From a virus, in IMG/VR virus record IMGVR_UViG_3300045988_125995: a stretch of 37,650 nucleotides of DNA. One strand, given 5' to 3'. Positions within the stretch are counted from its first letter, which is position 1. Each line of letters starts with the position of its first letter. The notes under the pieces were generated by a model, which saw only the letters and a program-made list of their open reading frames with translations, searched no databases and was not told where the DNA came from. Shown here in pieces: positions 24,201 to 31,287 of this stretch. A program made the translations under genes and the position numbers.

Positions 24201-26239
24201 GTTTCGGCGGCACGAGGAACGGAGCGACACGCCAGGGCGGCTTCGGTCTCGGCGACGTCGTGAACCCCTACCCCGGAGTCCCCGCAAACCTCGGCGTGAA
24301 AGCGCTGGAATACTCGCCCGCAAACGTCATAAAAGGCGGAGCGGAGATCATAAAGGTTCTGAAAGATACGAAGAACGGAAAGCTTGACGCGGCGAAGCAG
24401 CATCAGGCCGTTATGGATGTTTCCAGAGGCGTGACCGGCACGGCAATGGTGGCGCTCATGGCGGCGCTGTTCAAGGCGGGCTTTATACGCAACAGCGATG
24501 ACGAGGACGACCTCGACGCGAAGGCAAGAAACGCGGAGCGCGGACTGAGCGGAGTGCAGATAAACGTGGACGCGGCGCTCGACTGGCTGAGCGGCAAGCC
24601 CAAGCGCGAATGGCGGGAGGGCGACACGCTGGTCTCCGTAGACTGGATGGAACCGCTGAACGCCTTTATGGCGATAGGCTCGCTTATCGCAAACGACACC
24701 GATGCTGACCTCGGTTCCTACGCGGTGGACTATGCCGAGGGAGCATTTCAGGCGCTCATGGATATACCCGTAATGAGCAATCTCAAGAGCTTGGACGACA
24801 CGATCCGGTACTCCAATTCGGACAACTGGAGTGAAGCCTTAGGCGAGGGCCTGGCGGAATACGGCACGAACACGGCGACGGGCTTTATCCCTGCACCCTT
24901 CCGGCAGATCGCAAAGGCGCTTGACCCGTATTACCGCGACACCTCGGCTGACACGGCGGGGCAGAAAGCCCTGAACAAGGTGAAAAACGCCATCCCCGGC
25001 CTGCGGCAGACCCTCGACCCGAAGCTCGGCGCGACGGGAGAGCTGAAGAAATACAACGAAGGCGGCCTTCAGCACATGCTGAATTCGCTGTTTCTGCCGG
25101 GCAGCATATCTACGCTCGGCGGCAGCGAGACGGACACGGAGCTTGAAAAGCTCTACAAGGCGACCGGCATGGAGAACATATATCAGGATCGGAAAGCGCC
25201 TAAGAGCGTAAGCCTCGCCGGGGAGAAATACGAGCTGACGAACGACGAGAAGCGCAGCTATCTCCAGACGCAGGGGCAGGCCACGGAGCGGACGCTGAAA
25301 AACTTCATGGACAGCGAGCTTTACGGCATGATGACCGACAAGGAGAAGGCACAGACCATAGCGGCAATAAACGAGTATGGCCGCGAGGAGGCAAAGGCGG
25401 AGCTTTTCAAGAACCGCGGCATTGAGCGCGAGAGCGGCAACGAGGGGCTTTCAGACGTCAAAAACGTCGGGGAATACCTCGGAGCGAAGACGGCGTTCAC
25501 ACAGGCGAAGAAACAGAACGACTACTCGGCGCAGGACAAGTTTCTCAAGGTCTATGACCAGCTGACGGCGGGGACGAAGCGGATGCTTGAAAACTCCTCG
25601 GCGACGGCGCGCATGGACGACATGGCCGAGGCTTACGAGAAGGGCGGCATCCGCGCCAAGGAGTGGAACACCGTATACGAGAAGTACAAGGAACTCAACG
25701 GCACGAAGCGCAGCGGCTACACGGCATCGGACAAGGCGACGGACTTTGAGGCATGGATGGAGCGGGAGGGCTTCACCCAGGACCAGCGGAAGATGCTCGC
25801 CGATCAGTTCACGTTTTTCAGTCAGGTGCCGGGCGATGCGGGGCGCTACAACTCCCTGAAGGACGCCGGGTTCGACACCGACAGCGCATACGCGATATAC
25901 GACAAGGTGTCGTCGCTGACTGCGCCAACGGGCGAGAAGACCGTGAAGGACTGGCAGAAGCTTGAGGCCATAAACAGCCTCGATCTGACGGGCGAGGAGA
26001 AGATAAAGGCGCTCAGCGTATACTACCCGCCGAACGACGACGGCAAGGAGGACGCCATGGTTCGCCGCTACAAGGCGGCGGAGGAGCAGGGGATTTCCTT
26101 TGCGACGTGGACGAAGGCGATGAAGATCATCGCAGGCGCGGACGGCACGAGCCGGAAGGCGATATTCGCGGCGGTACAGGAGGCGGGCTACACCGAGACG
26201 GACGCGCAGATTATCTACGACATCTGGAAGCACTCGTGA
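21212..26239 (+). CDS. Giant (1675 aa) virion protein: internal/ejection or tape-measure-like
   Basis: Single uninterrupted ORF. Gly-zipper hydrophobic segments (GGLIVGGVLGGGQMAI, GTAMVALMAALFKAGF) and long helical regions. Last gene of the late operon. Confidence 0.55.
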   Translation: MASREENLRYLAGGSLPKDTGAANGSSITGTKEVQTDGLSEKARRREENLRYLATPAEDITPKNETVENSSFTSKSGKFDASAAAPTADYTQQRAKLQKELDRLDNAAAYVTTTEQSDEIDAQRKPIIEQLRKLDEAEGKTGVYTGGDRLKNALGNAKLATQQGLTQADHRIAQTADWLFGGIAKEGKALVNATLQTINPNWGFEDEDPWITRYNKRGTEVLAQNDAVAQRRIEEGKLNKTAWKYAPEVVAAIPDAVLAFATGGASTGAQATRAGLETASAIAQGSSAAQKLIPIADATKNMMKSPAWLSAFAQTAGGSYEEALADGATEEQANLYALLNGFANATIEVGGTDEAMGGIQKLPQQLRDALEKGNKRAVMQWVRSPAGEAIEEVLQGMAEKGLRGLYTNDVPLYSETDENAVINPKRAKEEALGGLIVGGVLGGGQMAIQSAINSGRGQNANGAQTAQETQNAAGDISAPPTQENADTGASARLNSDVQTDVDSQNAEDIKKAASEAANADITGDSRVANAEASRSTSETKNALSPAAEADASNANIAPEAQNVNPNVPAQTVEESGGKKRSQTEAHTLQTIDERLDTPAAEREELYYIPKSESESLREAAERIREDMPGARAELAAKDMWSGTDHDTAMGILGSLNREAAQTGNYDDFRAWRRTIQEHGTDTARALQSLAKYTRTGTGAMMDAVDIIDSSNISGELKSALTAEVGRYSEEYDAARAKAENGNLADMADLIERMARRRNTWTFGKNRYSKIVRELASDKSNAEWLTDYAYRQISAIASDAAVKVPFSQKVKSAQTTAQLTSIGTFLRNIGGNVTFGVQDTLSQNGVALAIDRLISQATGKRTVGADKSWFSSEARKGARDAMQKSILEVAGDIDMNGNENRYGMTSSRSWRMSGNAAERFMSRWQQLLGYSLTTSDRFSRGAIEAEITRGLDALGNSGLTAEEKAAIAKQTADYRLFQNHGEAYKASKAIHDFFNVAGFGGTRNGATRQGGFGLGDVVNPYPGVPANLGVKALEYSPANVIKGGAEIIKVLKDTKNGKLDAAKQHQAVMDVSRGVTGTAMVALMAALFKAGFIRNSDDEDDLDAKARNAERGLSGVQINVDAALDWLSGKPKREWREGDTLVSVDWMEPLNAFMAIGSLIANDTDADLGSYAVDYAEGAFQALMDIPVMSNLKSLDDTIRYSNSDNWSEALGEGLAEYGTNTATGFIPAPFRQIAKALDPYYRDTSADTAGQKALNKVKNAIPGLRQTLDPKLGATGELKKYNEGGLQHMLNSLFLPGSISTLGGSETDTELEKLYKATGMENIYQDRKAPKSVSLAGEKYELTNDEKRSYLQTQGQATERTLKNFMDSELYGMMTDKEKAQTIAAINEYGREEAKAELFKNRGIERESGNEGLSDVKNVGEYLGAKTAFTQAKKQNDYSAQDKFLKVYDQLTAGTKRMLENSSATARMDDMAEAYEKGGIRAKEWNTVYEKYKELNGTKRSGYTASDKATDFEAWMEREGFTQDQRKMLADQFTFFSQVPGDAGRYNSLKDAGFDTDSAYAIYDKVSSLTAPTGEKTVKDWQKLEAINSLDLTGEEKIKALSVYYPPNDDGKEDAMVRRYKAAEEQGISFATWTKAMKIIAGADGTSRKAIFAAVQEAGYTETDAQIIYDIWKHS

Positions 26240-26297
26240 GGGGCGGGGATGCGGATTCCCACGTCACTTCGCGGCAAGGCTTTGGGACTGACGCAAT

Positions 26298-26330
26298 AAA
26301 CAGCCCACGGAATAAATCCGTGGGCTGTTT
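26298..26330. terminator. Bidirectional Rho-independent terminator at the convergent late/early junction
   Basis: AAACAGCCCACGGA-ATAAA-TCCGTGGGCTGTTT: an 11-bp GC-rich stem flanked by an A-run and a T-run. Confidence 0.85.
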
Positions 26331-26332
26331 TA

Positions 26333-26692
26333 CTATCTTGAAAGCTCCTCGATGTTCACGAGCCGCTTAACAAGTATCTCGGTCAGAAACTCCTGCGTGG
26401 TGCAACCCTCCTCCTCGATGAGGGCGCGCACCTGACGATAGAGATCATCGGGGAGGTAGACAACGAGCCGGTGAGGCTTACGGCGGTTCGGGACTTTGTG
26501 CCCGTCATGCTCACCGACGAAGCGCTCAGCCAAGTGCCGCTCGGCGGCGGGGAGGAGACGGACGCCGTATTTTTCGGGGTTATCTACCATGGACTGCGTC
26601 GCCTTGCCGTACTTCGGGTACAGCTCACGCAGGGCGGAGATCATATCTTTACCGGAAACGGAGTTGGTCTCCCTGAACTGCTTATAATCCAT
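26333..26692 (-). CDS. Hypothetical protein with C-terminal RHH-like segment; terminates TAG-TAA
   Basis: ATG after AAAGGAGAAAAACA. RLVVYLPDDLYRQVRALIEEEGCTTQEFLTEILVKRL. Stop TAG (26333-26335) is immediately followed in frame by TAA (26330-26332). Confidence 0.65.
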   Translation of the reverse strand: MDYKQFRETNSVSGKDMISALRELYPKYGKATQSMVDNPEKYGVRLLPAAERHLAERFVGEHDGHKVPNRRKPHRLVVYLPDDLYRQVRALIEEEGCTTQEFLTEILVKRLVNIEELSR

Positions 26693-26852
26693 TGTTTTTC
26701 TCCTTTCGCTTTTCTAAGACGCGATATGTATCGCCATAGGCGGCGCGGCCGCAGAACTGGCAGGGCTTCTTCTCCGGAGCGCTCTTCGGCTCGACCGGCT
26801 CAAGCTCTAGCAGCAGCTCCGTTTTGCACTTGGCGCAGAGGTAAAGCGTCAC
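26682..26852 (-). CDS. Small zinc-ribbon protein (56 aa)
   Basis: GTG 26852 overlaps the upstream TGA (GTGA), with AGGGAGGG upstream. CAKC...CQFC. Confidence 0.5.
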   Translation of the reverse strand: MTLYLCAKCKTELLLELEPVEPKSAPEKKPCQFCGRAAYGDTYRVLEKRKEKNNGL

Positions 26853-27265
26853 TGCACTGCCCTCCCTGTAAGAGAGTCGAGGGACAAGCCCAGGACATCG
26901 GCGACCGAACAGGCGTCGAGCAGGTTCGGGTATGATTCGTCCGTCTCCCACTTATGCAGCGCTCGGACGGGGATGTCCGCGAGCTCGGCGATTTCCGAAA
27001 GCGACTTGTGACTGCGGATGACGGCGGCGGACAGGAGCTGCCCCAAGGTCTTGCGCGGAGTGCGCAGGGCGGGGACGATATCGCCGGGGGACACGCGCAG
27101 AGCGCCCGAAAGCTGCGCCACCGTGTCGGTATAGGCAGTGCCGCGGCGGAGGAGGCGGGACAGGTTCGACGGGTCTGTGCCGAGGGCACGGCAGATATCC
27201 GCCTGTGACAGGTCTTGCAGGCGCATTTCGGTTTTGATGCGCTTGACGTCAAGATCGTATTTCAT
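26849..27265 (-). CDS. Double-HTH XRE-family transcriptional regulator
   Basis: Two HTH_3-like units: LSQADICRALGTDPSNLSRLLRRG and KSLSEIAELADIPVRALHKWETDESYP. Confidence 0.75.
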   Translation of the reverse strand: MKYDLDVKRIKTEMRLQDLSQADICRALGTDPSNLSRLLRRGTAYTDTVAQLSGALRVSPGDIVPALRTPRKTLGQLLSAAVIRSHKSLSEIAELADIPVRALHKWETDESYPNLLDACSVADVLGLSLDSLTGRAVQ

Positions 27266-27687
27266 CTTCCGGTACTCCCGAAGCCGTTGGAGCTGCGCTC
27301 GGTCGGGTCAAGGGCTTCCACCTGCTTCAGGGCAGGGTACAGGACGGGCATTATAACGAGCTGGGATATCTTATCGCCCTTGTGAATATCATAGCCGACG
27401 GAGCTGTGATTATAGAGCTTGACGCGGATGGATCCGGTATAGCCCGCGTCGATGACGCCCTCGGAGAGAATGTCATGCTTGACATTGAGGCCGGATTTGC
27501 TCTTTATCATGCCGACGGTTCCGGGCGGGAGCGCGATATGTACGCCGGTGTCGATGGTGATGGTATTGCCGCCCCAAAGGATGGTATCTATGGGGCTGAA
27601 CAGGTCGAAGCCCGCGTCAAATTCATGCGCCTGACGGGGCATATATGCGCCGGGGCCCAGGACTACTTCAAGCGTTGGTTTATACAT
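27262..27687 (-). CDS. dut: dUTP diphosphatase
   Basis: ATG 27687 after AGGAGG. Motifs AGFDL, G.IKSKSGL, GVIDAGYTG and a C-terminal GFGSTG. Confidence 0.9.
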   Translation of the reverse strand: MYKPTLEVVLGPGAYMPRQAHEFDAGFDLFSPIDTILWGGNTITIDTGVHIALPPGTVGMIKSKSGLNVKHDILSEGVIDAGYTGSIRVKLYNHSSVGYDIHKGDKISQLVIMPVLYPALKQVEALDPTERSSNGFGSTGR

Positions 27688-28159
27688 GCTGTTCCTCCTT
27701 GACATTTGTATTTCTGCCGAGATTGCGGCGGGCATATTCGGCGAGGAGCAGCGCTTCCGCCATGCCGTCGTTTTCTATCCGGCATCTGGGGCTTGCCAGC
27801 AGCGACACGCCGGGGAAGAGCCGCTGGGCGGCACGGATGCTGGTGTGCTTATCGCTCGTGACGCCGAAAGCCTTTTTCCATCTCTGAGGCGGCACAAGCT
27901 CATACGGGAAGCGCAGAGCTTCGAGTATGCCCTGTATCCACCCGAAGCCGCAGCCGAAGTTAAACATGCTCGTGACGCCCTGTCCAGGCATTGCGGCGAC
28001 CTTCTCAAGGGCGACTATGCTTTTACCGTGGTCTATGTCCCGCAACACGTCGAGATAGCCGCGCTCGCTGAAGGGGACAGCGATGACGGGGGCGGGGGCT
28101 TCCGTATCTATGACGGCAAGCGCTCCTTTCTTGCCGGGGTCTATGCCGATATAAATCAC
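27680..28159 (-). CDS. RuvC-like Holliday-junction resolvase
   Basis: GTG start after AGGAGG. N-terminal IGIDPGKKGALAV (catalytic Asp) and C-terminal ENDGMAEALLLAEYA. Confidence 0.75.
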   Translation of the reverse strand: MIYIGIDPGKKGALAVIDTEAPAPVIAVPFSERGYLDVLRDIDHGKSIVALEKVAAMPGQGVTSMFNFGCGFGWIQGILEALRFPYELVPPQRWKKAFGVTSDKHTSIRAAQRLFPGVSLLASPRCRIENDGMAEALLLAEYARRNLGRNTNVKEEQHV

Positions 28160-28171
28160 TTATTCATCCTC

Positions 28172-28711
28172 CTATATGCACTTATCGAACTTCGTGCGGG
28201 CTTTCTGCATGCACTGGTTTACCCACTGGCGGGAAACGCCTATACGGGCGGCTATCTCTTTCTGAGAATAGCCGCAATAGGCGAACTGTACGGCTTGACG
28301 CTCTCTATCAGAGAGGGAGGCAAGGAAAGCCTTACTGTCGAGCCAGCCTGTATCGGGCTGGACGCCGTACATCTCATGCAGGGGCGAGCCTTCTCCATCC
28401 ATCGCCTGCGCATCGAGCGGGATAAGAGGCGCGGGCGGCGTCCTGTGTTGCAGGTTGGCCATCATGTGCAGGCGGCGTATCTCGTTGAGGATATACCGCA
28501 CGGCCAGAGCGTAGAGACTGCCGCGCGACGGGTCATAGACGCAGCAGGCGTGCCAGAAGGCAAGGTGGGCTTCCTGCATGACGTCATCGTCAAAGAGATA
28601 CTGCCGGTAATACTTCTTGACGACATCCCCGACGATTCGCCGGTTTTTGAGGTAGAGCGCCTCGGCCGGTGCCCACTCTGACGGGGAGGGGGGAGATGGG
28701 CTGTTACTCAT
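28172..28711 (-). CDS. Sigma-70 family (ECF-like) RNA polymerase sigma factor; terminates with TAG
   Basis: Region-2-like DDDVMQEAHLAFWHACCVYDP and region-4 HTH YSQKEIAARIGVSRQWVNQCMQKAR. TAG stop (28172-28174), then GAG GAT GAA TAA in frame. Confidence 0.8.
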   Translation of the reverse strand: MSNSPSPPSPSEWAPAEALYLKNRRIVGDVVKKYYRQYLFDDDVMQEAHLAFWHACCVYDPSRGSLYALAVRYILNEIRRLHMMANLQHRTPPAPLIPLDAQAMDGEGSPLHEMYGVQPDTGWLDSKAFLASLSDRERQAVQFAYCGYSQKEIAARIGVSRQWVNQCMQKARTKFDKCI

Positions 28712-28805
28712 CGCCGCGGCTCCCTCCGATAATGACGGCCATTATCAAGGTGCCAAGCGAGCCGCCGAGGATAAACGCCGCGAGCGCCCATAGCCAATGT
28801 ATCAT
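28704..28805 (-). CDS. Small hydrophobic peptide (33 aa)
   Basis: MIHWLWALAAFILGGSLGTLIMAVIIGGSRGDE. Its stop overlaps the sigma-factor ATG (ATGAGTAA) and its start overlaps the upstream stop. Confidence 0.4.
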   Translation of the reverse strand: MIHWLWALAAFILGGSLGTLIMAVIIGGSRGDE

Positions 28806-29191
28806 GTGTTTCTCCTTTCCGCGTCACCGTCCATTCTCGCGCTCATCGGTGGTTCGGGGAGCGGCATCCAGTGAGTGACTTCTGGCTCCCTTAGATAACT
28901 CCACCCCCACAGCGACCAATCCGACGCTTTGCTTGTCACTCCCGTAAGCCATGATGTTTCCGCTTCCATCCTCTGGTAGCTTCCGATGTACAGCATCCGG
29001 CCACTCCAGCCGTGCGCTATAACTAAAACATCTTGCTCTGGCTCCGGCAGCTTGTCTTTGACGCTGATCCAGCCCTCCGGCGCAACGTCGGCGGCGGGGA
29101 TATTGGCCATTTCGGCTTTCAGACGCTTATCTTCAGGGCGCATTATATGTGCCACGCGCAGTGCCGCCTCTCGTTCTATGTATTCAGCCAT
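28802..29191 (-). CDS. DUF551-like phage protein
   Basis: WISVKDKLPE...VLV and the C-terminal signature THWMPLPEPP. Confidence 0.7.
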   Translation of the reverse strand: MAEYIEREAALRVAHIMRPEDKRLKAEMANIPAADVAPEGWISVKDKLPEPEQDVLVIAHGWSGRMLYIGSYQRMEAETSWLTGVTSKASDWSLWGWSYLREPEVTHWMPLPEPPMSARMDGDAERRNT

Positions 29192-29203
29192 TGTCAGCCC
29201 TTC

Positions 29204-29446
29204 TCAATACTTCGGGCACACAGGTGTGTCGCCAACATTCCGGCTCTTTTCCAGCTCTGTAAGTCTGCGGTCAATGTCGCCGAAAGCATTGCTCATGCGC
29301 CGTTCGATGTTCTCTATACGTTCGTTGCGCCAACGCTCCTCGTCACGGTCGCACATCATCTTGTCAAACTGCGCCCTTTCTTCTGCTCTGGTTTTCTCAA
29401 CTGCTTCTTCGATTGCTTCGTTATACTGCTTTTTTGTGATTATCAT
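29204..29446 (-). CDS. Hypothetical coiled-coil protein (80 aa)
   Basis: Compact ORF overlapping the upstream gene's stop. Charged, helical composition. Confidence 0.55.
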   Translation of the reverse strand: MIITKKQYNEAIEEAVEKTRAEERAQFDKMMCDRDEERWRNERIENIERRMSNAFGDIDRRLTELEKSRNVGDTPVCPKY

Positions 29447-29877
29447 ATTCTGTTTCCTTTCTCGCTTTCGCGTTTAAAAATTACTATTATTGACGGGAAC
29501 GGAGCCGAATTTTTTGCATCTCCAAACTTTAGCCGCCCCTTTATGAAGCGGATCTCCGTCTTGCCGTATATGTAATCGTGAAACCATTTTGTATCCGTGC
29601 GCGCCGGGAGAAGCATTACGACGGTGCAGCGGCTTTCCGCTGCCTTGCGAACCCATTTGCCAATCTCGCGGCCATATGGCGGGTTGCACCAGCATACGCC
29701 CGTCCACTCCTGCGCAAGCCCGTCTTGTTCCGGCGAGTAAAACTCCTTGCACTTTGCGTTATCAGCTGTGGCGCATACGTCGCAAGTAAAACCAAACTCC
29801 GCATCCAGCGCCAAAAACAGCTCCGGCGGCGTTGCCCACTCGCACGTCGCGGACGAGAACATCAAGTCTTTATCCAT
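29443..29877 (-). CDS. DNA N6-adenine methyltransferase (phage Dam-type)
   Basis: ATG 29877 overlaps the upstream TAA (ATGGATAA). FSSATCEWATP, CWCNPPYGRE (NPPY motif) and LLPARTDTKWFH. Confidence 0.8.
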   Translation of the reverse strand: MDKDLMFSSATCEWATPPELFLALDAEFGFTCDVCATADNAKCKEFYSPEQDGLAQEWTGVCWCNPPYGREIGKWVRKAAESRCTVVMLLPARTDTKWFHDYIYGKTEIRFIKGRLKFGDAKNSAPFPSIIVIFKRESEKGNRI

Positions 29878-30565
29878 TCCCTCTCTCACCTCCACCCCAC
29901 TGTGCCGCCATCGCCTCAGCTATGCCGGGGAATGTTTTGCTTCGTACTTTGGCACTTCGGCTATATGTATCTGCCCACGTGCGAGCCTTGCCCGATGGCA
30001 TACGCCCGTACAATTCCGCATTGTTCGGCTTCGGCAGTCCGTTCTCTTGCAGCTTAGGCAGGTTAAACAGCCATAGGCACGTAGCCTTTGTCACATAATT
30101 CTCGGTGTCTTCAGTCGACGCGGCAAACATATACGGGTGTATTATCTGGTCAGGCTTGCGATATGCCCCGTTCATAAATCCGACAGGATTTTCTATCGCT
30201 ATTCGTTCGGCGTTGGCTGTTAAAAATCGCATGAAAAATACAGCGCCCTTTGCCCGCTCCTCCCACCGTGCGGTTACCTTCTCAGCCGGAGTGCATCTGA
30301 GCGAGAAATGCCGCGTGGCTACGTTGCTGAGATAAGTGCATGGGGGGTGTGCAATGAGCAAGTCCCATTTGCCGATATCATGGGGCACTCCGTCACAGGT
30401 GGTGATAGTTCCGCCCTGTATGGCTTCGAGCGCATCACCCTTGATACGCCATTCGGGATGCCCTCCGGAGCAGTCCTGTATATCGCAGCTGTACGCCTCG
30501 TGGCCTCGCTCGCGGAACGCGATGCACACGCGCTGCGACTCCTCGCAGGCTATGAGTACCTTCAT
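29870..30565 (-). CDS. C5-cytosine-methyltransferase-like protein (short, no obvious target-recognition domain)
   Basis: IAHPPCTYLS (PC motif IV-like), AIENPVG (ENV motif VI-like) and N-terminal VLIACEESQ in place of FxGxG. Confidence 0.5.
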   Translation of the reverse strand: MKVLIACEESQRVCIAFRERGHEAYSCDIQDCSGGHPEWRIKGDALEAIQGGTITTCDGVPHDIGKWDLLIAHPPCTYLSNVATRHFSLRCTPAEKVTARWEERAKGAVFFMRFLTANAERIAIENPVGFMNGAYRKPDQIIHPYMFAASTEDTENYVTKATCLWLFNLPKLQENGLPKPNNAELYGRMPSGKARTWADTYSRSAKVRSKTFPGIAEAMAAQWGGGERGNG

Positions 30566-31276
30566 CGGCTCACGACCTCCAGCAGCTCCACGCGCTCACA
30601 GCGTATCTTGCCGTCCGAGTTATACGGGACACACACGCCGCAGAGCCATTCCCAGCGGATCAGCACCTTCCAGATAGCGCCGCCTCGCCAGCCGTAATGA
30701 CTCTTCACCCAGTCGAGGGGCGCGACGTTTATGCCGCATCCGCATTCGTCGCAGCGGTTGAAGTTGACGTTCTCGGTTATCACACTGCCCTCCGCGATCG
30801 TCCAGCTTTCAGGCGCGGCGTACTCGGAGTTGAAGGTTTTATATGCTATGTAGCCGTCGGCGACGCGCTCAAAATGAGCGTCAATGAAATTAACGGCAGA
30901 AAGAAGTTCTTTTGCCCCGCTGAGGTCTGCATAGCTGAGGTCTGCATAGCTGAGGTCTGCCCCTCTGAGGGTCTGCCCCTCTGAGGGTTGCCCCGCTGAG
31001 GTTTGCCTTGCTGAGGTCTGCCCCGCTGAGGGTTGCCCCGCTGAGGTTTGCCTTGCTGAGGTCTGCCTTGCTGAGGTCTGCCCCGCTGAGGTCTGCCCCT
31101 CTGAGGGTTGCCCCGCTGAGGTTTGCCTTGCTGAGGTCTGCCCCTCTGAGGGTTGCCCCGCTGAGGTTTGCCTTGCTGAGGTCTGCCCCGCTGAGGTCTG
31201 CTCTTACTCCGCCCTTTTCATCGTTAAGCCACAGCTTATGCGCGGCCAGTATTTCTGCAAGTTTTTCAGGTGTCAT
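30562..31276 (-). pseudogene. Pentapeptide-repeat protein gene with C-terminal Cys-rich domain. The frame is broken by one extra nt in repeat unit 30961-30976 (pseudogene, sequencing error or +1 frameshift).
   Basis: Frame A (31276-30890) encodes about 17 A(D/N/T)LxG/K/Y units, then nonsense PQRGRPQLCRPQ. Frame B continues ADLSYADLSYADLSGAKELL... to TGA 30562 and has no start codon of its own before GTG 30783. Confidence 0.7.
30916..31203 (-). repeat. 15-nt periodic tandem repeat array (coding pentapeptide repeats), with one 16-nt unit
   Basis: Units such as CCCGCTGAGGTCTGC, CTTGCTGAGGTCTGC and CCCTCTGAGGGTTGC. The unit CCCTCTGAGGGTCTGC (30961-30976) is 16 nt. Confidence 0.9.
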
Positions 31277-31287
31277 ATGTGTTCTCC

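Noticed and set aside
21212-26239. Calling the 1675-aa protein a siphovirus tape-measure protein
   Set aside because: No tail tube, tail-assembly chaperone frameshift pair or baseplate genes precede it, and it lies after the fibres and the endolysin. An internal or ejection protein of a short-tailed virion fits equally or better, so the call is left generic.
30916-31203. Regular short repeats that might be a CRISPR array or a VNTR
   Set aside because: The period is 15 nt with no spacers and translates perfectly into pentapeptide repeats A(D/N)LxX. It is coding repeat DNA, not CRISPR.
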